Counted from the first letter of the stretch, positions 10,966 through 20,079 are shown. The stretch: 32,000 nucleotides of DNA from Pasteurella multocida (GCF_900187275.1 NZ_LT906458.1:960001-992000); one strand, 5' to 3'. The notes: a model not told the origin generated them from the sequence alone. Program-made: numbers and translations.

Positions 10966-12034
10966 CAAGCGCTAATCGAATTTTCTTCTCAAAAAAAGCA
11001 TAATCAACTAAAAACGCATCATGCCCATAATCGGAAGAAAATTGATAATAAACTAAATTGACGCCACTTTCCTCGAGGAGCTTTTTACTCTTTTGTAGCT
11101 CCGTCAACTTAAATAATTGATCATTTTCGACAGCTACTAACGTGTAACGAGCTTTGATTCTGGCTAATGCCGCGGACAAGCTCTCATATTGAAAGCCTGG
11201 ATCATATAAATCTAACGCTCTGAGTAAATGAAGATAGCTATTGGCATCAAAGCGCGCTAAAAATTTTTTTCCTTGATAACTTAAATAGGATTCTACCTGA
11301 AAGTAATCGCCCCAAAATTCCGTTTCTGCTTTTGTGGCACGCCCAAAAGCTTTGGTCAATTGTAAATCGGTTCGGTAAGTCAACATTCCCAACATACGCG
11401 CAATCGCTAACCCTTTTTCCGGAGGTTGACTATCATAGTAATCTCCGCCATTAAAATTGGGATCATTAATCACGGCTTGTCGCATCACATGATTAAAACC
11501 AATTGCTTCTGCACCAAATAGTAGAGAAGAACATAAATTAATGACATTACTCACATCATCTGGATAATCAATTGCCCATTGTGTGGCTTGCATACCGCCA
11601 AAAGATCCCCCAATCACCGCATGTAAACGAGGAATATTGAGATATGTCAATAACGCCCTTTGTAGCGCAACAATGTCTTGCACAATAATGTTCGGGAATT
11701 GACTGCCGTAAGGTTTATTCGTTTTCGGATTAATAGAGGAAGGACCCGTTGTACCTTTACATCCTCCCAACACATTAGAACAAATAAAGAAATATTGAGA
11801 CGTGTCCAAAGCAAGCCCCTCGCCCATAAATGTCTGCCACCAACCACGCTGTGAATGATCAGCAAAATAAGGCTCTGCATCCCCCGTTAGGGCGTGACAA
11901 ATAAGAATCGCATTCGTTTTCTCTTTATTCAACTCACCATAAGTTTGATATGCGATCTCAATATCTTGGAGCGTCCCGCCTAAACTTAGGGTAAAAGGAG
12001 CTTCCGTAAACAATTTCACTTTCTGTACAGCCAT
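10952..12034 (-). CDS. metX: Homoserine O-acetyltransferase (MetX/Met2)
   Basis: 360-aa alpha/beta-hydrolase ORF with the MetX signature ([10 protein letters not shown], nucleophile elbow [11 protein letters not shown]-terminal YGHDAFL). Its 3' end overlaps folK by 14 nt, convergently. Confidence 0.93.
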   Translation of the reverse strand: MAVQKVKLFTEAPFTLSLGGTLQDIEIAYQTYGELNKEKTNAILICHALTGDAEPYFADHSQRGWWQTFMGEGLALDTSQYFFICSNVLGGCKGTTGPSSINPKTNKPYGSQFPNIIVQDIVALQRALLTYLNIPRLHAVIGGSFGGMQATQWAIDYPDDVSNVINLCSSLLFGAEAIGFNHVMRQAVINDPNFNGGDYYDSQPPEKGLAIARMLGMLTYRTDLQLTKAFGRATKAETEFWGDYFQVESYLSYQGKKFLARFDANSYLHLLRALDLYDPGFQYESLSAALARIKARYTLVAVENDQLFKLTELQKSKKLLEESGVNLVYYQFSSDYGHDAFLVDYAFFEKKIRLALANQD

Positions 12035-12088
12035 GCTACCGCCTGCTTATTCTTGTTGTTATGTTCACTTTACTTTTATTGGATTTAT

Positions 12089-12112
12089 AGACGTCTAAAC
12101 ATCTTTACGTAC
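12089..12112. promoter_or_regulatory. Tandem MetJ boxes (met operator) upstream of metX
   Basis: AGACGTCT (perfect 8/8), AAACATCT (6/8) and TTACGTAC (4/8) are contiguous 8-bp repeats of the metbox consensus AGACGTCT. They lie 55-78 bp upstream of the metX ATG. On the minus strand the perfect box abuts a TATAAA -10 candidate. Confidence 0.55.
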
Positions 12113-12196
12113 AAATCTACTAAAATTCAGCTTGCACTTCAACTCTTTTTTCATTATGGTGAACATCAGTTTCCGAATCGTGATGATAGTTTGAAA

Positions 12197-12907
12197 ATGA
12201 CATCTATTTTGACTTTTTTAACTTCCCAATATTATAAACGCGCGATACGTTATATATTGGTTGCCTTGTCATCTTTTATTGTGCTATTAGTCCTTATTGA
12301 TCAAGCCATTGGCTTTTATGTTCGGAAAAATATCTATACAGACATCAATAAACTGCCTTATCGTCCTTACGGTGTAGTATTAGGGACATCTAAATATTTT
12401 GAGAAAAATACACTCAATCTGTTTTATCACAATCGCCTTTTAGCAGCACATGAGGTTTTTTCCGCACGTAAGATCGATTATCTTTTACTGAGTGGTGATA
12501 ACCGTACGAATCAATATAATGAACCGCGTAATATGTTCAAAGACTTACGAAAAATGGGCATCGCTGCTGAATTTATGTATATGGATTTTGCAGGTTTTCG
12601 CACCTTGGATTCCGTGATCCGTGCACAACAAGTTTTCAAAGCACATTCATTCACCATTATCACGCAAAAATTCCACTGTGAACGTGCATTGTTCATTGCT
12701 AAATATCACAATATTGATGCCATTTGTTTTGCCGCTGACTATCCACAAGGACATTATTTTGTACGATTTAGAGAGTTCTTTGCACGTATTTTAGTGATAC
12801 TCGATATTTTAATGGAAAAGGAACCTTATTTTTTAGGTGAGCCAGAACCGTTGCCACCACCGACAACGGTCCCTATCGTAGAACTTGAAGACGTACCATC
12901 ACATTAA
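12197..12907 (+). CDS. sanA: SanA-family (DUF218) inner-membrane protein, vancomycin high-temperature exclusion protein homologue
   Basis: 236 aa from ATG 12197 (E. coli SanA is 239 aa). It has an N-terminal TM segment then LPYRPYGVVLGTSKY, YLLLSGDN..QYNEP, DFAGFRTLDSV and ITQKFHCERALFIA, colinear with SanA. The upstream 48 codons in the ORF track have no homologue counterpart. Confidence 0.85.
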   Translation: MTSILTFLTSQYYKRAIRYILVALSSFIVLLVLIDQAIGFYVRKNIYTDINKLPYRPYGVVLGTSKYFEKNTLNLFYHNRLLAAHEVFSARKIDYLLLSGDNRTNQYNEPRNMFKDLRKMGIAAEFMYMDFAGFRTLDSVIRAQQVFKAHSFTIITQKFHCERALFIAKYHNIDAICFAADYPQGHYFVRFREFFARILVILDILMEKEPYFLGEPEPLPPPTTVPIVELEDVPSH

Positions 12908-13893
12908 ATGCGTGATTCGATAATTTCTCGAATAATTACTTCATCAGACACTTTAACGTTCTTTGATTTCATTCGACTTAATACAAGATGCAGTAAGGTC
13001 TGTGCAATTTTTTGGTGGTTTTGTACACAACAAATCACTTTATTTTCCAACAGATCTAACATATCGTGATGACCAAAAGTTGCAATGATAAGCGAACGTG
13101 GAATACGATGATAGCGTTTAATCAAAATCTGAAAAACACCATGTAACAATGTTAATGATGTAGCAAAAATAGCTTCTGGCATCTCATGTTTCTCTAACCA
13201 ATGATGAAACGCCTTTGCACTTGCTAATTTATGAAACTGTGAGGCATAAAGATAATCCACTTGATTCGCCTTATCAGAGAGCGCTTGACGAAAACCAAGT
13301 TCTCGTTTTCGACTGAGCCCTAGCTTAGGTAGCGCGCCTAAAAAAAGCATCCGCTTTCCCTCACAATGTCTCCCTAGATGTGTTGCTAATCGATATGCGT
13401 CCCCCTCATCGTCTGTCAAAACACGTATCTTATTGAGAGCAAGATAGCGATCGAAGCAAATAATCGGAATATTGGCATGGCGTTGATAAAAATCAGTATC
13501 GGCAGGTAATGTCGTGGAGACAATCAGGGCGTCAATTTGACGTTGGATAAGATGCTTAGCACATTGCATTTCTGTTTCTGGGTTATCATTAGAACAAGCG
13601 ATGACTAATTGATAACCTTTCTGGCGAAATCCAGCTTCTAGATGTGTTGCAATTCTGGCAAAACTCGCGTTTTCAAAATCAGGGACAATTAAACCAATAG
13701 TGCGACTTTTCCCCGCTCGTAGCCCAGCTGCCATCGCATTAGGCTTGAAATCATATTGTTTAATCAGTTTTTCGACTTTTTCAATGGTTTTATCACTAAC
13801 GCGATATGCCTTTGCTTTCCCATTAACCACATAACTGGCTGTTGTTCGTGAGACTCCTGCAAGTTTTGCGAGCTCAACTAACTTTAATTTCAT
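12904..13893 (-). CDS. cra: LacI-family catabolite repressor/activator Cra (FruR)
   Basis: 329-aa ORF. The N-terminal HTH (LAGVSRTTASYVVNGKAKAYRVSDKTIEKV) and downstream AAGLRAGKSRTIGLIVPDFEN..GYQLVIACS are near-colinear with E. coli Cra. It lies adjacent to ilvIH as in E. coli. Confidence 0.85.
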   Translation of the reverse strand: MKLKLVELAKLAGVSRTTASYVVNGKAKAYRVSDKTIEKVEKLIKQYDFKPNAMAAGLRAGKSRTIGLIVPDFENASFARIATHLEAGFRQKGYQLVIACSNDNPETEMQCAKHLIQRQIDALIVSTTLPADTDFYQRHANIPIICFDRYLALNKIRVLTDDEGDAYRLATHLGRHCEGKRMLFLGALPKLGLSRKRELGFRQALSDKANQVDYLYASQFHKLASAKAFHHWLEKHEMPEAIFATSLTLLHGVFQILIKRYHRIPRSLIIATFGHHDMLDLLENKVICCVQNHQKIAQTLLHLVLSRMKSKNVKVSDEVIIREIIESRI

Positions 13894-14056
13894 ATTTTCC
13901 CCTTAAAATATATAAAGCTATTGAGGTGGTGATGATTTAGTTGTGTAAGCATTTATTAAAAATAAATAAATATATGTAAATAAATGTAATGGTTATTTTA
14001 ACATCTCATATTTATGATATCAAAAAATACTAATACATTAATAAAGAGGAGTTACA

Positions 14057-14102
14057 CATAAAAAAGTGCGGTTAAATTTTAAAAAAATCTAACCGCACTT
14101 TT
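14057..14102. terminator. Bidirectional terminator formed by an inverted USS pair (serves ilvIH on the minus strand)
   Basis: The 13-bp arms AAAAGTGCGGTTA (14062-14074) and TAACCGCACTTTT (14090-14102) enclose a 15-nt loop. A/T runs flank both sides. It lies 30 bp downstream of the ilvH stop. Confidence 0.78.
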
Positions 14103-14131
14103 AAACTAAGTTAATTCAATGAGTTAAGTAC

Positions 14132-14623
14132 TTATAAACAATTTTTTTCTCCACGCGATAAACTGATTAGACCAGAACGTACAATCTCAATAATCGTCGT
14201 TTCCTCTTTCACCGCTGAAATAAACGCATCTAGTTTATCTTTCGTCCCCGTCAACTGAATGGTATAGGATTTGGTTGTCACATCCACAATCTGACCTCGG
14301 TAAATATCTGTTAAACGTTTTAGTTCATCACGTGATGCGCCTTGCGCTCTCACTTTAATCAGTAAGACTTCACGCTCAACGTGGTCACAGTCGCTTAAAC
14401 TGATCACTTTAAAAATATCAACTAATTTATGTAGCTGCTTCTCGATTTGTTCGAGTACTTGCTCATCTCCATAGGCTTCGATTGTCATACGAGATAATGT
14501 AGGATCATCAGTGGGCGCAACAGTTAAGCTTTCTATATTGAATGCACGTTGTGAAAATAAGCCTACCACACGAGATAATGCTCCCGATTCATTTTCTAAT
14601 AATACTGATAAAATTCTACGCAT
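14132..14623 (-). CDS. ilvH: Acetolactate synthase III small (regulatory) subunit
   Basis: 163-aa ORF with an ACT domain ([31 protein letters not shown]), the same length as E. coli IlvH. Its ATG overlaps the ilvI stop (ATGCGTAG). Confidence 0.95.
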   Translation of the reverse strand: MRRILSVLLENESGALSRVVGLFSQRAFNIESLTVAPTDDPTLSRMTIEAYGDEQVLEQIEKQLHKLVDIFKVISLSDCDHVEREVLLIKVRAQGASRDELKRLTDIYRGQIVDVTTKSYTIQLTGTKDKLDAFISAVKEETTIIEIVRSGLISLSRGEKNCL

Positions 14624-16340
14624 TCGCCTTCTCCGGTTTCGTTAAAATCATTTCATTCATTGCACCACCACGTACTTGCATCGGATAAACATGTTCTGTC
14701 GCATCAACATTAATATCGACAAATACTAATTTATCTTTCATCGAAAATGCTTGAGTGAGTTTTTCCTCTAATTCATCTGGCGTATTAATTTGGATCCCCA
14801 CATGTCCATAAGCCTCAGCAAGCTTCACAAAATCAGGTAAAGAATTCATATAAGACTGTGAATGGCGTCCAGAATAAATCAGATCTTGCCACTGTTTCAC
14901 CATGCCTAAAAAGCGGTTATTCAAACTGATAATCACAATTGGAATATCATATTGCTGTGCAGTAGAAAGCTCTTGAATATTCATTTGAATACTGCCATCC
15001 CCCGTCACACACACCACTGTTGAATCAGGATAAGCGAGCTTTACCCCAAGTGCGGCTGGTAGTCCAAAGCCCATGGTCCCTAAGCCACCAGAGTTAATCC
15101 AACGCCGAGGTTGGTTAAACGGATAATGTAATGCCGCAAACATTTGATGTTGTCCAACATCTGAGGCGACATAAGCCTCACCTTGTGTTAATCGATAAAC
15201 CACTTCCATCACTTGCTGTGGTTTAATGACGGAATCATCTCGTGTAAAAGAGAGACATTTTACTGCTTTCCATTCATCAATTTGCTGCCACCATTCATCC
15301 AAGGCAGTTTGCGATTTTAATAAATTGTCATCCTCTAATAAGGCTAAAAATTCATTAATAACTTTTTCTGCACTGCCTACAATCGGAATAGATGCCAACA
15401 CATTTTTAGAAATAGACGTTGGATCAATATCAATATGAATCACTTTTGCATGTGGACAATATTTTGCCAAGTTATTAGTCGTTCTATCATCAAAACGCAC
15501 ACCAATACCAAGAATGAGATCACTATGATGCATTGCATTATTCGCTTCGTAAGTACCATGCATGCCTAACATCCCTAAGAATTGCTTATCTGAGCTTGGA
15601 TAGGCACCTAATCCCATTAAGGAGGAAGTGACCGGCAAATTTAAGGTTTGTGCAAATTGCGTTAATTTGTCGCTACAATTCGCAGTGATGACACCACCAC
15701 CAACAAATAACACCGGCTTTTTCGCGACTAATAAGGCTTTTAATGCTTTTTTAATTTGCCCTTTATGCCCTTGTATTGTTGGATTATAAGAACGTAATTC
15801 AACTTTTTCTGGATAATGATAAGTAAATTTATGTGCAGGATTAACCACATCCTTTGGCAAATCGATCACCACAGGTCCCGGTCTGCCTGTTGACGCAATA
15901 TAAAAAGCTTTTTTAATGGTTTCAGGAATTTCAGCCGCAGATTTTACTAAAAAACTGTGTTTGACGACTGGACGAGAGATACCTACCATATCGCATTCTT
16001 GGAAAGCATCACTGCCAATTAGTCCTGACATCACCTGTCCAGATAAAATAATCAAAGGCACAGAATCCATATACGCTGTTGCAATACCAGTGATAGTATT
16101 GGTTGCACCGGGTCCAGATGTCACAAGAACACAACCCACTTTACCGGTTGCTCTGGCATAACCATCTGCCATGTGCACCGCGGCTTGTTCATGTCGGACA
16201 AGAATATGTTCAATACCCCCCAAGGTATGAATCGCATCATAAATATCTAAAACCGATCCGCCAGGATAACCAAATAAAAACTCAACGCCTTCATCTCGCA
16301 AAGACTGCACAACCATTTCTGCGCCAGATAACTTTTTCAT
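14616..16340 (-). CDS. ilvI: Acetolactate synthase III large (catalytic) subunit
   Basis: ThDP enzyme with [17 protein letters not shown] and the ThDP motif [13 protein letters not shown] start at ATG 16340 (574 aa, the E. coli IlvI length) because the GTG at 16346 is part of the SD GAGGTGA for that ATG. Confidence 0.95.
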   Translation of the reverse strand: MKKLSGAEMVVQSLRDEGVEFLFGYPGGSVLDIYDAIHTLGGIEHILVRHEQAAVHMADGYARATGKVGCVLVTSGPGATNTITGIATAYMDSVPLIILSGQVMSGLIGSDAFQECDMVGISRPVVKHSFLVKSAAEIPETIKKAFYIASTGRPGPVVIDLPKDVVNPAHKFTYHYPEKVELRSYNPTIQGHKGQIKKALKALLVAKKPVLFVGGGVITANCSDKLTQFAQTLNLPVTSSLMGLGAYPSSDKQFLGMLGMHGTYEANNAMHHSDLILGIGVRFDDRTTNNLAKYCPHAKVIHIDIDPTSISKNVLASIPIVGSAEKVINEFLALLEDDNLLKSQTALDEWWQQIDEWKAVKCLSFTRDDSVIKPQQVMEVVYRLTQGEAYVASDVGQHQMFAALHYPFNQPRRWINSGGLGTMGFGLPAALGVKLAYPDSTVVCVTGDGSIQMNIQELSTAQQYDIPIVIISLNNRFLGMVKQWQDLIYSGRHSQSYMNSLPDFVKLAEAYGHVGIQINTPDELEEKLTQAFSMKDKLVFVDINVDATEHVYPMQVRGGAMNEMILTKPEKANA

Positions 16341-16557
16341 TTTCACCTCTAAATGTCTTACACTTTACGTGCTTATTGCTTTAATTGATGTTGTTATAAT
16401 GTCATGCATTAACACGTTCTCATTTTTACTGGAAACCGCCTTTATTGTCTATCTATTTTTATTGGCAGAATGCGCAATAAAAGAACACATTCCAAAATAT
16501 AAAACTAAAAATAAACAAAAAATCAGAATAAAATAAAAAATACATTCTTTAAATCAC

Positions 16558-16583
16558 AAAAAAAGCGGCATTGCGCCGCATTT
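16558..16583 (-). terminator. Rho-independent terminator downstream of the NhaC-family gene
   Basis: The minus strand reads GCGGC-GCAAT-GCCGC followed by T7, about 60 nt after the stop codon. Confidence 0.6.
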
Positions 16584-16620
16584 TATAAAATAACCTAAAA
16601 TAAAAATTTTTTATTTTATT

Positions 16621-16636
16621 TGTGAACTATCTCACA
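16621..16636. promoter_or_regulatory. Perfect CRP core site TGTGA-N6-TCACA
   Basis: TGTGAACTATCTCACA matches the CRP core half-sites 10/10, with T-rich/A-rich flanks. It lies 3 bp downstream of the transporter stop and about 280 bp upstream of the ilvI ATG. Its function is unassigned. Confidence 0.45.
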
Positions 16637-16638
16637 AT

Positions 16639-18162
16639 TTATTTTTTTCTAAATATAAAAACAAGTACCGATAAAACCACACCCGTTGTCACAAAACCCA
16701 GTATGCCTGACTGGCTGAACCCTAGTACTAAATAGCCAGCAATAGACGCCGTCGCAATTAACATCGCATAAGGTAACTGTGTTGTTACATGGTCGATATG
16801 ATTACATTTTGCCCCGGTAGAAGATAAAATCGTGGTATCCGAAATCGGTGAGCAATGATCACCACAAACTGCACCGGCCATGACTGCGGATAAACAAGGT
16901 AACATCAATTCTGGTGCAGTATTCGCTGCAATCGCTGCCGCGATCGGTAACATAATCCCAAAAGTTCCCCAGCTTGTTCCTGTCGAGAATGCCATGATTC
17001 CAGTTAAAATAAATAATAACGCAGGCAACAAGGCAATCGGTAAACTATCCGATACTAATGAAGATAAATAAATCCCTGTTTTGACATCTCCAACGATGGT
17101 ATTAATGGTCCAAGCAAATAATAAAATCAATACCGCACCGAGCATTGACTTCACGCCTAAAATCCAGGATTTACCGTATTCCGCCAAACTCACTTGACGA
17201 TCAATAAGAATGCATAGTGTCGAAATCAAGACCGCACTTAATCCCCCCACAACCAATGAAATCCCTACTGTAGTATTCTCAAACGCGCCTAACACATCAA
17301 AAGGTTTTCCATCCGCCGCTAATGCTTCATAGCCCGTGTACATCATCATACCAACGGTTGCTAAAATCAGGACAGTGATCGGTAAAATTAAATAGAGAAC
17401 ATGCCCTTTATTACTACTTTCCAGTTTTTCTTCTTCTGTTACACGCGCTAGGGCCATTCTTTCGTGACGCGCCATTGAACCAATATCAAACGAATAATAA
17501 GATACAAAGAACACCATTAAAATAGAAAAAATAGCATAAAAGTTCATTGCACTCATTGTCATAAATGCACCGATAGGTGAATACTCGGTGATCGAATAAG
17601 TCGCAAGAAGTCCTGCAATAAGTGTAATAATATAGGCGCCCCAACTTGATACAGGCATCAACACACACATTGGCGCAGCGGTTGAATCAAGAATATAGGC
17701 AAGTTTTGGGCGTGAAACTTTAAATTTATCTGTAACTGGGCTGGCAATCGCTCCCACCGCTAAGCTATGAAAATAATCGTCAATGAAAGTCACAAACACG
17801 AGCGATGCGGCTAATAATTTAGCCCCTTTTCTATCTTTAATCCGTTTTTGTGCCCATTCTGCAAAGGCTCGATTACTACCAGAGACAGTAAGAAGTGCGG
17901 TTAAAATACCTAACAAGAAGAGAAATAACACAATATTAATGTTATTTGAATTAAGTGCGTTATCACTGTATGCCAATGAAATAATATTATTTTTGAGATA
18001 CATTAGCGTATGCGAAATATTAAAATCTGCAAGCATTAAAGCACCTACAATAATACCAACACTCAATGATAAAATAACACGGCGTGTCCCAATGGCTAAT
18101 AATAATGCTAAAATAGGGGGTACGACAGACCAAATAGACGTCGAATAATCAATAAGTTCCAT
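16639..18162 (-). CDS. NhaC-family (Na+/H+ antiporter superfamily) membrane transporter, likely the riboswitch-controlled candidate lysine transporter LysW
   Basis: 507-aa polytopic membrane ORF typical of the NhaC family. A lysine-riboswitch aptamer is readable in its 5' leader (see 18260-18420). Substrate assignment is by inference only. Confidence 0.85.
   Translation of the reverse strand: MELIDYSTSIWSVVPPILALLLAIGTRRVILSLSVGIIVGALMLADFNISHTLMYLKNNIISLAYSDNALNSNNINIVLFLFLLGILTALLTVSGSNRAFAEWAQKRIKDRKGAKLLAASLVFVTFIDDYFHSLAVGAIASPVTDKFKVSRPKLAYILDSTAAPMCVLMPVSSWGAYIITLIAGLLATYSITEYSPIGAFMTMSAMNFYAIFSILMVFFVSYYSFDIGSMARHERMALARVTEEEKLESSNKGHVLYLILPITVLILATVGMMMYTGYEALAADGKPFDVLGAFENTTVGISLVVGGLSAVLISTLCILIDRQVSLAEYGKSWILGVKSMLGAVLILLFAWTINTIVGDVKTGIYLSSLVSDSLPIALLPALLFILTGIMAFSTGTSWGTFGIMLPIAAAIAANTAPELMLPCLSAVMAGAVCGDHCSPISDTTILSSTGAKCNHIDHVTTQLPYAMLIATASIAGYLVLGFSQSGILGFVTTGVVLSVLVFIFRKK
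17231..17239 (-). repeat. USS core
   Basis: ACCGCACTT, within the NhaC-family gene. Confidence 0.9.
17893..17901 (+). repeat. USS core
   Basis: AAGTGCGGT followed by TAAAAT, within the NhaC-family gene. Confidence 0.9.
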
Positions 18163-18219
18163 AAGTTTTTTACCTTATAATGAAGGAATAACCACTGAGT
18201 AAGAATATAGAAATGATCT

Positions 18220-18253
18220 AAAAAGGTAGGCAAAAATTAATTAAGACCTGACC
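18220..18253 (-). terminator. Possible riboswitch expression-platform terminator
   Basis: The minus strand reads GGU(C)AGG, a 16-nt AU loop, CCUACC, then U5, immediately 3' of the aptamer. The stem is short and weak, so control could instead act at the RBS. Confidence 0.35.
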
Positions 18254-18259
18254 CAACCA

Positions 18260-18420
18260 GTAGCGCTCCATAGTTTAAAAAAGACTATGACAATGACGTT
18301 CCTTTCGAATACGCCACCAACCAATCAAAATGACTTTCAATTGATTTCGGCGGTCACTCCTTTCCTTTTTCCTCTTCGTTATCCACTCAGAAAAAATACT
18401 TATAGTGATCGCTCCTCTAC
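18260..18420 (-). promoter_or_regulatory. Lysine riboswitch (L-box / LYS element) aptamer
   Basis: Minus strand, in order. GUAGAGGAGCG, consensus GAGGCGC, forms the 5' side of P1. GGAGUGACCGCCGAAAUCAA-N12-UUGAUUGGUUGG holds the GCCGAA junction and a P3 helix AAUCAA/UUGAUU. UGGCGU-N11-ACGUCA forms P4 and is followed by the conserved UUGUCA. CAUAGU-N9-ACUAUG forms P5. GGAGCGCUAC then closes P1 with the 5' GUAG. Confidence 0.75.
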
Positions 18421-18648
18421 ACAAGTAGGATGGCAACAAGACTACAATAAAAAGTGATCCTTGCCAATAGAGAGAAGGGAATATTTTTAACTTAATTTAC
18501 AATTCCATAACTAAAAAATATAAACTTTGAAGTATTCTACAAAAATAGCATTTACCAATAATAATATTTACTATATCATTACTTACGTTTGATTATGTTT
18601 AATTATATTTTATGTAATCCCTGTGTGACATTATATAGAGGAACAAGT

Positions 18649-19053
18649 ATGAGTGATTTATTAAAGATGTTAACCAATGTTCGAAGTTTACGTGTGCTGG
18701 CTCGTGAAACCTCATTAGAACAACTTGAAATTGCTTTAGAAAAGTTCTCTCTCGTCGTTGAAGAAAAACGTGAAGCTGAAGCCAAAGCAGAACGTGAAAT
18801 AGCAGAACGTCAGGCAAGAATTGCGAAGTTGAAAGAATCATTAATCCAAGAAGGAATTACAGCCCAGGAATTAGCAATTTTGTTAGGCCAAGAATCTCAA
18901 TCTCAACGTAAAAAGAGAGAACCTCGCCCAGCAAAATACAAATATATCTATGAAAATGGTGAAGAAAGAACTTGGACTGGTCAAGGTAGAACACCAAAAG
19001 TCATTCAAAAAGCCTTGGATGCGGGTAAATCCCTGAGTTCATTCGAAATTTAA
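18649..19053 (+). CDS. hns: Nucleoid-associated DNA-binding protein H-NS
   Basis: 134 aa from ATG 18649 (SD AGAGGA upstream). It has an N-terminal coiled-coil and the C-terminal DNA-binding motif RPAKYKY..TWTGQGRTPKVIQKAL, colinear with E. coli H-NS. The upstream region is very AT-rich. Confidence 0.92.
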   Translation: MSDLLKMLTNVRSLRVLARETSLEQLEIALEKFSLVVEEKREAEAKAEREIAERQARIAKLKESLIQEGITAQELAILLGQESQSQRKKREPRPAKYKYIYENGEERTWTGQGRTPKVIQKALDAGKSLSSFEI

Positions 19054-19072
19054 TCTATTTTACTTTGTCGTA

Positions 19073-19105
19073 AAGCCCATTTCTTGATGGGTTTTCTTTT
19101 TTATT
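19073..19105 (+). terminator. Rho-independent terminator of hns
   Basis: AAGCCCAU, loop UUCUUG, AUGGGUUU (8 bp including one G-U), followed by a U-rich tail UUCUUUUUUAUUUUUU. Confidence 0.7.
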
Positions 19106-19128
19106 TTTTCGACTAAAACAACACACTT

Positions 19129-19965
19129 ATGATTGAAAATAAAATATTATTAACCGATTGCCCAGATGATAAAGGTTTAATCGCAAAAATTACCAACATT
19201 TGTTACAAACATCAGCTCAATATCATTCATAACAATGAATTTGTGGATTTTGACACAAAGCATTTCTTTATGCGCACTGAACTACAGGGCATTTTTAATG
19301 AAGATACCTTATTAGCTGACTTAAAATTTAGTCTTCCAGAGGGAACAAATTGTCGCTTAATTAGTGCGAAAAGAAAACGCATTGTCATTTTAGTCACCAA
19401 AGAAGCGCATTGCCTTGGCGATATTTTAATGAAAAATTACTATGGTGGTTTAGACGTAGAAATCGCTGCGGTGATTGGTAATCATGATACGTTAAGAACA
19501 TTAGTAGAACGCTTTGACATCCCATTCCACTACATTAGCCATCATGATCTCACACGAGTAGAACATGATAAGTTACTTGCAGATAAAATCGATGAATATG
19601 CACCAGATTATATTGTGTTAGCAAAATACATGCGGGTACTCAACCCTCAGTTTGTTGAAAAATATCCAAATCGAGTGATCAATATTCATCATTCTTTTTT
19701 ACCTGCATTTATTGGTGCAAAACCTTATCACCAAGCTTATGAACGTGGTGTCAAAATTATTGGCGCAACTGCACACTTTATTAATAACGAATTAGATCAA
19801 GGTCCTATTATTATGCAAAATGTGATCAACGTGGATCACACTTATAATGCAGAAGCCATGATGCGTGCAGGACGAGATGTTGAAAAAACAGTATTAAGCC
19901 GTGCATTAGATCTGGCTTTGCACGATCGTATTTTTGTTTACAAAAATAAGACGGTTGTTCTCTAA
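19129..19965 (+). CDS. purU: Formyltetrahydrofolate deformylase
   Basis: 278-aa ORF with an N-terminal ACT domain (CPDDKGLIAKITNICYKHQLNI) and a formyltransferase core (INIHHSFLPAFIGAKPYHQAYERGVKIIGATAHF), near-colinear with E. coli PurU. Confidence 0.95.
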   Translation: MIENKILLTDCPDDKGLIAKITNICYKHQLNIIHNNEFVDFDTKHFFMRTELQGIFNEDTLLADLKFSLPEGTNCRLISAKRKRIVILVTKEAHCLGDILMKNYYGGLDVEIAAVIGNHDTLRTLVERFDIPFHYISHHDLTRVEHDKLLADKIDEYAPDYIVLAKYMRVLNPQFVEKYPNRVINIHHSFLPAFIGAKPYHQAYERGVKIIGATAHFINNELDQGPIIMQNVINVDHTYNAEAMMRAGRDVEKTVLSRALDLALHDRIFVYKNKTVVL

Positions 19966-20026
19966 AAAGCACATAAAAACAATGTAATATAAAACCACTT
20001 TTATCGGCATGGTTTTGATTTAGCGA

Positions 20027-20063
20027 TAAAAAAATAGCGTGTTAAATTAACACGCTATTTTTA
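20027..20063. terminator. Bidirectional terminator between purU and nagA
   Basis: A perfect 12-bp stem, ATAGCGTGTTAA-A-TTAACACGCTAT (20034-20058), is flanked by A7 upstream and T5 downstream. Confidence 0.8.
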
Positions 20064-20079
20064 ATAAAATGAGAAAGTG

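Noticed and set aside
16365-16409. A 14-codon minus-strand mini-ORF (MHDIITTSIKAIST) upstream of ilvI, considered as an Ile/Thr-rich attenuation leader peptide.
   Set aside because: It has no SD. Only about 20 nt separate its stop from the ilvI SD, leaving no room for alternative terminator and antiterminator hairpins. The Ile/Thr codons are scattered rather than in a run. The ATG also overlaps the likely ilvIH -10 region.
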